64,000 bases of DNA from an archaeon (lineage in GTDB: Archaea; Nanobdellota; Nanobdellia; Pacearchaeales; JAPDKA01): positions 66,065 through 130,064 of the forward strand of contig JAPDKA010000003.1 of the NCBI GenBank assembly GCA_029258825.1, written 5' to 3'. Shown piece after piece: positions 16,455 through 25,803 of the stretch. The notes beneath the pieces are model-generated. The model did no database searches. It was not told the origin of the DNA and saw only the letters and a list, made by a program, of their open reading frames with translations. Each line of letters starts with the position of its first letter. Within the stretch, counting starts at the first letter, position 1. The position numbers and the translations under genes were made by a program.

Positions 16455-17702
16455 ATGAGAAATGCATATGAAGTAAAATGTGAGCCAATTTTATGCAGTA
16501 AATGTAAAGGCAAAGGATTATGTGGTATGCCATGTCCAATTCTCGCTAGACTCAAAGCAATTCATAAAACATTGAGCGATGAGGTATATGGCAATAGCCC
16601 TCCAGAAATATTTGTTGGAAGAATAGGCTATCCTTATGTTTATTCTGGCATATTAAGCCCTAATGAAATTGGAGAAACAAGCATATACAGCAGGCCGGAG
16701 TTATGGTTCAAAAATAATGCTGGCATAACTGATATAATTGAATATAGAACAAAACTTGTGTACTGCAGAGCAAAAGTGAATGTAAAAAATAGCTACTGGA
16801 ATAGGCGTATTATTGAGAGCATACAAGAGATTTCAGCCAGCTATAAACCAGTTGCTGTAGAAATCAAGCTAAAGCATAAACCAAAAGTAAAGCTTAGCTT
16901 CGATGCTGTTACGCCTCTCACAACAAACCCTGCAGAATTGCAAAAGTTAAGGATTGATGAAAACCCCAAAATAAAACCAAAAGTTGAAAAGCTTATTAAT
17001 GATGATGTCAAAGCAAGTGAAGCAGTAATACAGTTATACAATGCTAAAATCGAAATCAGCAGTATATATCAAGTGTTATCGGCAGGTTTGCTCGGCGTAA
17101 AACTCCAAAGACGTCTTGTGCCGACAAGGTGGAGTATAACAGCAACAGACGACATAATAAGTAAGTTTTTACTTAACAAAATAAAATATTACGATACTAT
17201 AGATAAGTTCATGGTGTTTCATTCCGATTATCTTGGCAATCATTATGAATTTATTTTGCTGCCATCAGTTTTTAGGTTTGAAGTGTTAGAAGCAAAGATG
17301 CCTGGTAGCGTTTGGAATCCTGGCAAGGAGTTATTTATCATGCAAGACTATGAGGATGTTTTTGGCAGAAAAACGTATGCAGAAAATGTAACAGGTGCAT
17401 ATTATGCTAATAGGCTTGCTGTTGCAGAATACTTAACACGCATAAGAAGGCAAGCTGCATGCCTTGTGCTGCGTGAAGTTCGTCCAGAGTATTTTGCACC
17501 ATGCGGCGTTGGCATTTTGCGAGAAGCGAGCAGGGATGCTTTCACGAGAAAGCCAGAGGTATTTGAAACATTGGAAGAAGCATTAAAGACAGTTGCATCA
17601 AGGTTAAAACTTAACATAAATGTGTTCATTAAAAAAAGTTGGTTACTAAAACAAATAAAACAACAAAAAACATTGTTCGAGTTTGTTAATAAAAATCACT
17701 AA
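16455..17702 (+). CDS. hypothetical protein, possibly NreA-like (archaeal DNA-repair-associated DUF650/DUF651 family)
   Basis: 415 aa with an N-terminal Cys cluster (CEPILCSKCKGKGLCGMPCP) reminiscent of Nre N-termini. The assignment is tentative. Its last 86 bp are duplicated about 2.9 kb downstream. Confidence 0.35.
   Translation: MRNAYEVKCEPILCSKCKGKGLCGMPCPILARLKAIHKTLSDEVYGNSPPEIFVGRIGYPYVYSGILSPNEIGETSIYSRPELWFKNNAGITDIIEYRTKLVYCRAKVNVKNSYWNRRIIESIQEISASYKPVAVEIKLKHKPKVKLSFDAVTPLTTNPAELQKLRIDENPKIKPKVEKLINDDVKASEAVIQLYNAKIEISSIYQVLSAGLLGVKLQRRLVPTRWSITATDDIISKFLLNKIKYYDTIDKFMVFHSDYLGNHYEFILLPSVFRFEVLEAKMPGSVWNPGKELFIMQDYEDVFGRKTYAENVTGAYYANRLAVAEYLTRIRRQAACLVLREVRPEYFAPCGVGILREASRDAFTRKPEVFETLEEALKTVASRLKLNINVFIKKSWLLKQIKQQKTLFEFVNKNH
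17611..17696. repeat. 86-bp direct repeat, copy 1 (attL-like); it forms the 3' end of the upstream CDS
   Basis: Identical to 20530-20615: ttaacataaatgtgttcattaaaaaaagttggttactaaaacaaataaaacaacaaaaaacattgttcgagtttgttaataaaaat. Confidence 0.9.
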
Positions 17703-17738
17703 ATTAAATTAAAACAAAATCAGGCAACTTGCTAAAAA

Positions 17739-18428
17739 TTAAAAAGACTTTTTCTTACTTCTTTTTTTAGGATTCTCGTACATCCCGAAACATTCTAATG
17801 TTCTTCTTGAATTCTTTTTTTCTTTTTTATACTCCATAATACATCTGAAAGGATATATCAAGCTATATGCCGCTACACCAGGCAAATAAATAACTGCAGA
17901 TGGCACTGCATAAAAAATTCTTTCTAACAATCCTGATAGCCCCGCTATCTCCTCTCTCCATTCTCGTATTATTTTTTTAGGATGATATTTTAGACTTTCT
18001 CTTCCCCGACTTTGAACAAAAGTGAAGAAATTGCCTTTACCAATTTCTTCAGCATATTCTATTTCTTCTTGTAACATTATTCGTAATAATAAACCACCAT
18101 CATAACCATATCCCCCCTCAGGAAATTTAGACCTATTCAAATTAGGCATGAAATAGTAAGGAAATTCGCCAGATTTAATCTTTTTTAAATGTCTCCTATA
18201 ATGCATATACTCGTTAGGCAAAGATAAGACAATTCTTATAACTCTCCCAAGGTTCTTACAATTTTTTGCTACTCGATAAAAAGAATCATGTAAAACCATT
18301 CCAAGTGCTTTTACCTCTTCCTTCAAATTTAAAGGAGTATTGTTTATTTTTTCTTCCTGTATATAGCTAGGTTCTCTAAATCTTTTATTAAGTTCTTTCC
18401 CAGTGAGTATTATATTTTCATTTTTCAT
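17739..18428 (-). CDS. hypothetical protein (229 aa), island gene
   Basis: Lies between the direct repeats and has atypical composition. On the minus strand a BRE/TATA (ATAACCGAAAGATTTAAATAC) sits about 25 bp upstream of the ATG, suggesting a leaderless transcript. No recognised domain. Confidence 0.5.
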   Translation of the reverse strand: MKNENIILTGKELNKRFREPSYIQEEKINNTPLNLKEEVKALGMVLHDSFYRVAKNCKNLGRVIRIVLSLPNEYMHYRRHLKKIKSGEFPYYFMPNLNRSKFPEGGYGYDGGLLLRIMLQEEIEYAEEIGKGNFFTFVQSRGRESLKYHPKKIIREWREEIAGLSGLLERIFYAVPSAVIYLPGVAAYSLIYPFRCIMEYKKEKKNSRRTLECFGMYENPKKRSKKKSF

Positions 18429-18685
18429 TTTATATAAAAAGTAATAACTAGTATTTAAATCTTTCGGTTATTTACCATTTAATAGGTATAACACTACTAA
18501 ATATATCACAAAAAACACTTACCTCCAAAAACGCCCCTAACTACGCTCCTTTACCCATTGCTTCACTTTATTTTTCGTAAAAAGTAAAAACCCTTAGCTA
18601 AAAAGATAAAATTATTATAGCCCTCGTATGACAGATTAGAAAGCAGAACAGAATAATTTATAAAGACTACCTATTATTCACTATT

Positions 18686-19957
18686 ATGTTACAACGAAAA
18701 GAAATAAGATATATTGTTAGTCTCTCTGCTATTGAAGATTTTATAAAAGAAATAAACAAAATTGCTAAAGAAGAAGTTTTTTCAACACCATATAATTGGA
18801 CGATATATTTCAACAATTCAGAACATGAAGTTCCATTTGAAGTCTCAATTAAAGGAAGAAAATATAGTAACCAACCATTTCATGGATCTCTTAATCTTGA
18901 CGAGAAATGGATCTTTGAAATTAAAGAAGACTACATAAACAAAAATTGTCGTTTTCGAAGAAAGAAAAGGAAAGTCCTAACTTTAGAAGAAATTTTAAAT
19001 ACACTTTCTGAAATGACTAATATAAAAACAAATCAAATCACTTCTCCATTGAGACCTTACCTACTTGATAGCTACAGAAGAAGACACTTTTTACTTGATG
19101 AAAATATCAGAATAACAATTGATACCGATTTAACTTATTATTTATTTGAGGACACATTTAACGGAAAGCAGATCGGAAATGAAAATTATGCTCGAATCGA
19201 AATCAAAATACGTTCAGAAAAAATTAATTCTACAAAATTTCATAAAATCGATTCGCTATTAAAAGATTTAGAAGCTGAAGAAACAATATCTAAAAAAGAT
19301 ATGGCTTACAATTTATTATCCAACTACTTAAGAAAGAAATCTGGAAGAAAAGTTGCTACTGGCGATGTAGAAATTGAAGCAAAATTATTATTGTCCAGGG
19401 ATGAGCAATATATATTTCATAAAATAAAGAGAGACTTTTATTATGGGTTAATAAAAGGGTTTACACTTTTAGATAATTTTCCTTATACTTTGGAAGGTGG
19501 AAAATTACATAAATACTTAGTGACTTCGAAAGACGAATTCTTTAGAGTGGGTATAAAAGGAAAATCAAAAACAATCATTCAAAAAGAAGGCTTCAAAGTA
19601 GTAGACGATCCTTACGGATTAAAATGTATTATAAAAAGAAAGGAAATCAGAAGACCATTCGATTCAAATATCGATTTATCTAAACTACAATTTAAGACGA
19701 TTTATCGAAAAAGAAAATACTTCTTAGTGGAAAATGAAAAAGATAAAAAAACTTACTGTATTCTAATAGATAGGTGCACCCATGAAGCCTCAGAATTGTT
19801 TCAAATGGAAATTGAAGGTTTATTAGATAGTCCGCTCAAAAACGAGGAAAGAGAGATTATTAGAGATATAGGATATTTGACATGTTGTCTAATCACAAAA
19901 TATCCTGTTCTTAAGCCAACTACTTTAACAAAATTGGAATGGCTAAGAAAAATATAA
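18686..19957 (+). CDS. hypothetical protein with CYTH/triphosphate-tunnel-metalloenzyme-like motifs (possibly tandem CYTH-like domains)
   Basis: Second half starts GDVEIEAKLLLSRDEQY (the ExExK signature of CYTH) and ends FQMEIEGLLD (the C-terminal acidic CYTH motif). The first half has related RIEIKIR/EIRYIV strings. The assignment is tentative. Confidence 0.4.
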   Translation: MLQRKEIRYIVSLSAIEDFIKEINKIAKEEVFSTPYNWTIYFNNSEHEVPFEVSIKGRKYSNQPFHGSLNLDEKWIFEIKEDYINKNCRFRRKKRKVLTLEEILNTLSEMTNIKTNQITSPLRPYLLDSYRRRHFLLDENIRITIDTDLTYYLFEDTFNGKQIGNENYARIEIKIRSEKINSTKFHKIDSLLKDLEAEETISKKDMAYNLLSNYLRKKSGRKVATGDVEIEAKLLLSRDEQYIFHKIKRDFYYGLIKGFTLLDNFPYTLEGGKLHKYLVTSKDEFFRVGIKGKSKTIIQKEGFKVVDDPYGLKCIIKRKEIRRPFDSNIDLSKLQFKTIYRKRKYFLVENEKDKKTYCILIDRCTHEASELFQMEIEGLLDSPLKNEEREIIRDIGYLTCCLITKYPVLKPTTLTKLEWLRKI

Positions 19958-20138
19958 TTTTAGATCTAGTCACATTTAAATCGTTCGATAGTTCCCCCTA
20001 CTAACGCCACAGCAAAATGTTATACTAACAAATTAAAAATCCTAAAAGTAAGATTTAAAAACAACAATAATTTTTATGCTTTTGCGCGCAACTTTTACTG
20101 CACTCACAAACTAAATTAAATTTTCAATTGTTTTTAAA

Positions 20139-20513
20139 ATGAAAGAGGGAAAACTGACGCACTACGATGTTTTGAAAGGTCTAGAAGGAGTAGTTATAGA
20201 ATGTAAAAAAGATATAGGTCTGTGGATATGTAAAGGTAATCCTTTAACTTTTTCGGATATAGATGGAGAAGTAAAAAGATTAAGAAGACTGGGCTGGCAT
20301 ATATTTTATAGTATAGAATTAAATGGAGAGATAGTTCAACCTGGACATTGGTATAATATAGACGATAGATCAAAAGTAAAATACATCGTTACAATCTACA
20401 ATTATAGAAAAACTGGACAAAGAGAACAAATAGCAAGAATTTTATTCGAGAGAAGAGAAAAAGTGTTAGATCTAATCAAAGAACTAAATCAAGAAGAATT
20501 TTACCAAGCTTAA
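20139..20513 (+). CDS. hypothetical protein (124 aa), island gene
   Basis: ORF with island-like composition. No recognised domain. Confidence 0.4.
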   Translation: MKEGKLTHYDVLKGLEGVVIECKKDIGLWICKGNPLTFSDIDGEVKRLRRLGWHIFYSIELNGEIVQPGHWYNIDDRSKVKYIVTIYNYRKTGQREQIARILFERREKVLDLIKELNQEEFYQA

Positions 20514-20529
20514 TTTTTGTTTGTTTTGT

Positions 20530-20615
20530 TTAACATAAATGTGTTCATTAAAAAAAGTTGGTTACTAAAACAAATAAAACAACAAAAAACATTGTTCGAG
20601 TTTGTTAATAAAAAT
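20530..20615. repeat. 86-bp direct repeat, copy 2 (attR-like), intergenic
   Basis: Perfect copy of 17611-17696. In the gene's frame it would read ...FVNKN-stop, against ...FVNKNH-stop at copy 1. Confidence 0.9.
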
Positions 20616-20623
20616 TAAAACGT

Positions 20624-21094
20624 TTAAACTAAATCGACCATATGATCATATTTAATTTCTTCGATAATGGAAGAAACTTCATAATCTTTTATAATTTTGG
20701 AAAATTTTCTTCTTATTTCCGTTAAAATCTCATCAAAATGTTTTAGGTCTTTTGCAACAATATTGATAGTAAAATCCCATTTTCCAGTTGTTTTAGCTAC
20801 ATAAACTACATTTGAATGTGATTTTAAGAAATTTATAAAAGATTTTTCACAAGTTTCACTCATATTTTGCAAAACAAAATTTACGAATGCGTAAACAGGG
20901 AAACCCAAAGCTACAGGGTCCAAAACAGTATGAAAAAATTTTATTATTCCAAATTTTTTCATCCTTTTTATTCTATAAACAACACTATCTCTTTGGATTC
21001 CTGTTTTTCTTTCTATTTCTGCTACACTTGCTCTAGCATTTTTATCAAGTATTTTTAATATTTTTTTATCTTTCAAATCGAGTTTTATTTTCAT
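20624..21094 (-). CDS. Lrp/AsnC family transcriptional regulator
   Basis: N-terminal HTH (LDKKILKILDKNARASVAEIERKTGIQRDSVVYRIKRM) plus a C-terminal RAM/ACT-like domain. Confidence 0.8.
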   Translation of the reverse strand: MKIKLDLKDKKILKILDKNARASVAEIERKTGIQRDSVVYRIKRMKKFGIIKFFHTVLDPVALGFPVYAFVNFVLQNMSETCEKSFINFLKSHSNVVYVAKTTGKWDFTINIVAKDLKHFDEILTEIRRKFSKIIKDYEVSSIIEEIKYDHMVDLV

Positions 21095-21224
21095 ATTTAT
21101 TAAAATAAGAACGTTAATTTAAAAATTTTTCGTTTTTTACGAAAAAATTTAAAGAAAGTTTTATAAATCTTAAATTTCATAATTTAACCACTATAAAATA
21201 ACTAAATTAAAAATAAAAATAAAA

Positions 21225-21611
21225 ATGGGAAGAGAAAATTTGAGGGTATATAATTTTGCTATTTTAACAACAAGAACAAGGGGGAGAGAGGAAGAGAGCT
21301 ATAGATTTATTAGGGCGGAAGAAAGATCTAGAGGAGAATCCATAGACGACTTAATAAATAGAGGTATAGAAGAAATAGAAAGAGGAAATGTGGAAGCTAT
21401 GAACCCAAAGATAGTAGAAGGATGTACAGGGGGAATAATCGTTATTAACGATGTTTCGAGAGACATTTACATTTTTGGAGAAAATCTAACTGAAGAGGTA
21501 ATAGAATACTTAGCGAATTGGACTTTTAGGAGGTACATCAAGGAATTGCATTACAATCTCCATTCCATCTATAAAGGAGAAATTCGCCATCATAAACCTA
21601 CACTAGTATAG
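21225..21611 (+). CDS. hypothetical protein (128 aa)
   Basis: ORF with Arg/Glu-rich, atypical composition. It is divergent from the Lrp gene. Confidence 0.35.
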   Translation: MGRENLRVYNFAILTTRTRGREEESYRFIRAEERSRGESIDDLINRGIEEIERGNVEAMNPKIVEGCTGGIIVINDVSRDIYIFGENLTEEVIEYLANWTFRRYIKELHYNLHSIYKGEIRHHKPTLV

Positions 21612-21662
21612 ACTTTATTGAGGGAATAGGTGAACTTGAAAATTTTGTTTTTTCTTTATTTT

Positions 21663-22304
21663 TTATTTCAAACCTAGTAAACGGTTAAGCATGATTACTT
21701 TTCTTCTGTATTTTATCCGCAAATAAAAACCAAACAACAATCCTGCAATCAAACCGCCGAGATGTGCTGTATTACCAATAGGCAAACCTGCTGCAGCTGA
21801 AGCAAGCCACAACACACTTAAAGCAATTATTGAAGCGATCCACATTGGCAATGGAAAAGGAAAAGGCATTATGTAAACCTTAAGTTTTGGTGTGAGTACA
21901 GCAATACAACCAGCCAAACCAAAAATTGCACCGCTTGCACCAACAGCAAGAGCATTCATGTCACGTTGAAATACAAATGCAAGCAATACAAACAAAAGAG
22001 AAGCAGAAATGCCACTAATAAAGTACAGCCACAAAAATCTCTTTTTGCCAATAATTTGTTCTAAAAAAGAACCGAGAAAAAACAAACTCATCATGTTAAT
22101 AAACAAATGAAAAAAACCTGCATGCATAAACATACTAGTAACGATCGTCCACAAATATTTTCCATTTATAATGTTTATCGGTTTTATCGCAATAAACTCA
22201 ACAAAATTTCCTGTTAGAAGTAACGGAAACATTGCAGCGAATAAGACACTATTTACAATAATTAACCACAGTGTTGCACTTAATTTGTGCTTGTATGATC
22301 GCAT
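21663..22304 (-). CDS. rhomboid family intramembrane serine protease
   Basis: Catalytic-Ser motif GASGAIFGLAGC and catalytic-His motif NTAHLGGLIAGLLFG, with 6 TM helices. Confidence 0.8.
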   Translation of the reverse strand: MRSYKHKLSATLWLIIVNSVLFAAMFPLLLTGNFVEFIAIKPINIINGKYLWTIVTSMFMHAGFFHLFINMMSLFFLGSFLEQIIGKKRFLWLYFISGISASLLFVLLAFVFQRDMNALAVGASGAIFGLAGCIAVLTPKLKVYIMPFPFPLPMWIASIIALSVLWLASAAAGLPIGNTAHLGGLIAGLLFGFYLRIKYRRKVIMLNRLLGLK

Positions 22305-22310
22305 TTGAAA

Positions 22311-23306
22311 TTACAACTTTAGAAATCTGAAAAATTTTTTTGTTTTCCCTTTCTTTTTGGCTTTTTCTTTACTTTTCCTTTGTTTTTGCTTTGATTTTTG
22401 TTTTTTCTTTTGTTTTTTTGTTTTTGATAATTTTTTGCCTGCTTTGTTTTGCTTGCTTTTCTTTTTCTTTGTCTTTGCCTTTACTGTCTTTACTTTCTTT
22501 ACTTTCGCTTTTCTTGTCTTTACTTTCTTTGCTTTTGTCTTTTTCGCTTTCTTTGCTTGCTTCTCTACTTTCAATTTTTTCTTAACTTTTACTTTTTCTC
22601 CTTTTATCTTTTGTTTTTCTTTTTTCTCTTTTGCTTTAACTTTTGGCTTAACTTCATATTGCTCAAGCAATGATTTGGCTTTCTCAATAATTTGCTCGTG
22701 TTTAGCTATTTCATGTTGCAATTTTTTTATTTCTGTTTCATTAGAGACTGGCTGCAACAACTCACCACAATCAGGACAAAAGAAATCATGCAAAAGCGCT
22801 GTTTCTTCTGTCATCGTTACACATTTATTAGGACAAGCATAATAAGTCTTTGTTTGTTTACTTTTTAATTCGTGTTGTAATCTAAACAATTGTTTATTTT
22901 CTTCAGCAATTAAAAATTCAAAGCAGTTTTTCATTTCAAGTGTCCAATAATAAATGTACCAACCTTTTCGCTTGTCTTTTTTACGTGTGTAACTTACTAA
23001 ACCCCTATCATGAAGCTTATATAACATATTTCTAACCTGATTTACTGTAATGTTAAGTTTTTTTGCAATATCGAACTCACTAATATTTTGTTTGTTGTAC
23101 AGCAAATCGACAATTTGCTTACTGTATTTATCTAACAAATAAGAAACAGTATAATAAAGAAGTTGTTTTTCTTTTTCCATTTCTGCTTTAGATTTTTTCA
23201 TATTAGAAATTGTTTTTTTAGCCCCCTTTTTAGTTTGATTTTTCTGTTTATTTTGTTTTTTGCTTTGCTTTTTGCTTTTCTTTTTTGTTTTTTTCAATTT
23301 AACCAT
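22311..23306 (-). CDS. tfe: transcription factor E (TFE, TFIIE-alpha homolog) with long lysine-rich N- and C-terminal extensions
   Basis: Winged helix (DIAKKLNITVNQVRNMLYKLHDRGLVSYTRKKDKRKGWYIYYW) followed by a zinc ribbon (CPNKC...CPDCG). The remainder is poly-Lys low complexity. Confidence 0.7.
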   Translation of the reverse strand: MVKLKKTKKKSKKQSKKQNKQKNQTKKGAKKTISNMKKSKAEMEKEKQLLYYTVSYLLDKYSKQIVDLLYNKQNISEFDIAKKLNITVNQVRNMLYKLHDRGLVSYTRKKDKRKGWYIYYWTLEMKNCFEFLIAEENKQLFRLQHELKSKQTKTYYACPNKCVTMTEETALLHDFFCPDCGELLQPVSNETEIKKLQHEIAKHEQIIEKAKSLLEQYEVKPKVKAKEKKEKQKIKGEKVKVKKKLKVEKQAKKAKKTKAKKVKTRKAKVKKVKTVKAKTKKKKSKQNKAGKKLSKTKKQKKKQKSKQKQRKSKEKAKKKGKTKKFFRFLKL

Positions 23307-23476
23307 GTTACAAGATAATAGTAAGCATTTTTAAATATTACCAAAGCAAAAGACAAGAAAAAGAACAAGAAGGTTTAATAACAAAAACTGTCTTAACTTT
23401 TTAGTGTTTACAAAAGATATTTAAATTAAATACAGCTTTTGAAATTGAAATAATCAACTAAATAAAAGAGGTTCAA

Positions 23477-23986
23477 ATGGCACTTTTTAAAAAGAAGAAA
23501 AAAGAGGTATCACTTCCTGAACCGCCAATACCTCCTGCAACACCTACAACACCACAAATACAACAAATCGATATAGAAAAATTGAGAACGTTGAAGCTAC
23601 CTGAAGTGCCTTCAATGCCAGAGATGCCAGAGCAACCAGCTCCAGTAAAACCAGAAGTGAAAGATCTAAGTGGACTAAGTTTGCCAGAACCAGAAGTCAC
23701 ACCAGAAAAACAATCAGTAGAAACTACAACAGAAGTCATGCCTACAAGTGAAGAAAAACCAACAGTAAAAGGGCCTATATTTGTGAAGATAGATAGATAC
23801 AAAGAAGCATTAGAGACTATCGAAGGTATAAACAAAAAGCTTGATGAAATAAACAAAGCAATACAAAAGGTAAAAGAAGTAAAGCAGAAGGAGATGGATG
23901 ACATAAGCAAATGGGAAAAAGAAGTTGAAGAAATGAAAAAAAAGCTAAGCAATGTAGAGAAGATTTTGTTTTCAAAACTAGAATAA
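23477..23986 (+). CDS. hypothetical protein, Pro-rich N-terminus and coiled-coil C-terminus
   Basis: The ATG is preceded by AGAGGT. Repetitive P-E-P segments are followed by a helical region. No family recognised. Confidence 0.45.
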   Translation: MALFKKKKKEVSLPEPPIPPATPTTPQIQQIDIEKLRTLKLPEVPSMPEMPEQPAPVKPEVKDLSGLSLPEPEVTPEKQSVETTTEVMPTSEEKPTVKGPIFVKIDRYKEALETIEGINKKLDEINKAIQKVKEVKQKEMDDISKWEKEVEEMKKKLSNVEKILFSKLE

Positions 23987-24022
23987 CTTAATTTTTTATT
24001 TAAATTTTAATTTGCATAAAAA

Positions 24023-24439
24023 ATGAAATTCGAAGAGGCGATTCATGTTAAAATTGATATAGATGAAGCAATGAATATAAGAAGGCAAATTCTAGAAGCA
24101 ATGATGTCTAGCATTAATAGTTTGGAAGTAATTGATGAACTAAAACAAAATACTAAAGAAGAGAAAAAACAATACAGTGAAGTTAAGCAGGCAACTAAAG
24201 AAGCAAAAATGATGGTTGCTGAACTTAACGAAATAATGCCAAAACCAAGAAAAACAGGAAAAACAAGAGCGAAAAAAGTAAAGGCAAAAACTAAAGCTAA
24301 AGCGAAGAAAAAAACAAAGGTAAAACAGAAAAAAGAAAAAACAAAAGCAGAAACAAAGCCGATAGCAATAAGCAAAAAAAGAATGAAATTAAAGGCTGAA
24401 CTAGAAGAAATAAGACGAAAACTGGAAATGCTTGGTTAA
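24023..24439 (+). CDS. hypothetical coiled-coil protein with a Lys-rich tail
   Basis: ORF. No family recognised. Confidence 0.4.
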   Translation: MKFEEAIHVKIDIDEAMNIRRQILEAMMSSINSLEVIDELKQNTKEEKKQYSEVKQATKEAKMMVAELNEIMPKPRKTGKTRAKKVKAKTKAKAKKKTKVKQKKEKTKAETKPIAISKKRMKLKAELEEIRRKLEMLG

Positions 24440-24459
24440 TTTATTTGATTTGTTTTTTA

Positions 24460-25521
24460 TTATTTTTCTGTTTTTTGCACGTCAATATTAAGCCAAGGAT
24501 AAAACATAAACCTCCAGTCTTGCCGCATTAAACAAATAGTATCTGCAAAACACTTTATTGCTTTCACATATGCTTTTTGCTTGTTGTAAGCATACAGTGC
24601 TGAATCAACAGAGTGATTAAAGTTATAAAGCGAAAGATAGCAAGCAACCATTCCAATAGCGTCATGCAAGCTAAAAATATCAAGACCATCGCTATTAACA
24701 TCGCAAAGATCAAGTAAACCTGAATTATAAAGCATTAAAATCGTGCTCGGCAGAAACTGAGCAGGGGTTATTGCACCAGCAAAACTGCAGTTGCAAAAAG
24801 GATTGTTAATTATGCCTTGTTCAAACAAGTTAAACAATGCATCCAGTTGTTTTATTGCAAATTGCTGCTTTCCAGCAAGATATAGCGTGACTAATGTATT
24901 AAACAATTTTTGCTTTCCGCAGTAATTGCCAAAGCATGATTCTAAAGCGAGAATTGCTGTTATAATCTCGATAGGTTTATGTTGCATATCTAATGAAAAT
25001 AAATTCACAGCATTAATTAAATCTTTCTCATAAGTGTTGATAAAATTTAATGCTTTGTTAAACATTTTTGGCGTATAAAAACCGAGCTCTGGTTTTAAGT
25101 AATAATCTTCGCTAATTTTATCGATTTTGTTGTAATGCTTCAATGTTTCTCTTAATTTTGCCACATCATAAATTTGAAAGTCATCGCTTGCAAACAATTT
25201 TTCTGCTAACCCTCCATAACGCGATGTCAAATAAAGCTTTAACTTAGCAAGATCATCAAGCTGTTTTCTTTGATGTTTACAGCCTTGAGCAACTTGTTCT
25301 AGTTTACGCTGGGTAATTTGAGCAGTTTGTTCAGTTACTTGTTGCTCAATCTGACATTGAGCTCGACTTGCTCTGCATTGGTTTTCATAATGGCAAGGAA
25401 AAAGAAAAGGCAAGATAAGTGCAAAATTTAAAGCATTAAACCGTGTCATGCTGTAATTAAAGCAAAGAAATATAAAAAGGTTATTGAAAAATAAAGGAGT
25501 TAACAAATTATAGACATTCAC
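24460..25521 (-). CDS. family-3 (MltB/SLT_2-like) lytic transglycosylase-like protein with an N-terminal hydrophobic segment
   Basis: ILALESCFGNYCG matches the catalytic-Glu ES motif. AGAITPAQFLPSTILMLYNSG matches the GA.GpaQFmPsT motif of MltB-type lytic transglycosylases. The N-terminal hydrophobic segment could be a signal peptide or anchor. Confidence 0.6.
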   Translation of the reverse strand: MNVYNLLTPLFFNNLFIFLCFNYSMTRFNALNFALILPFLFPCHYENQCRASRAQCQIEQQVTEQTAQITQRKLEQVAQGCKHQRKQLDDLAKLKLYLTSRYGGLAEKLFASDDFQIYDVAKLRETLKHYNKIDKISEDYYLKPELGFYTPKMFNKALNFINTYEKDLINAVNLFSLDMQHKPIEIITAILALESCFGNYCGKQKLFNTLVTLYLAGKQQFAIKQLDALFNLFEQGIINNPFCNCSFAGAITPAQFLPSTILMLYNSGLLDLCDVNSDGLDIFSLHDAIGMVACYLSLYNFNHSVDSALYAYNKQKAYVKAIKCFADTICLMRQDWRFMFYPWLNIDVQKTEK

Positions 25522-25803
25522 AAAGGTTTTTTATTCTATTTTTTTGTAAAAGTAAACCAGGCTTGCTGAAACACTTTTACAGATAAAAGAAAAATTTAAA
25601 AACATTATCGTCGAGCCGACCCTAGAAGATTTCAGAAGCTTTAAACCGAAAGATTTAAGTTTTTAAAAATATATGTTACATACATACTATACTCATTAAA
25701 AAGAAGAATTAAATATGCTATTCAAAGATAAACATATGCTTCATTCAATTGTATTTCATCGAGCTAATATTAAATCTAATATTAAATTAAATTTATCAGA
25801 TTA

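Noticed and set aside
22340-22842. Plus-strand ORFs (81, 161 and 74 aa) full of poly-Phe/Leu/Cys
   Set aside because: They are antisense to the poly-lysine tail of TFE on the minus strand. The CTTTT/TTTTG periodicity is just the complement of AAG/AAA codons. No independent gene is there.
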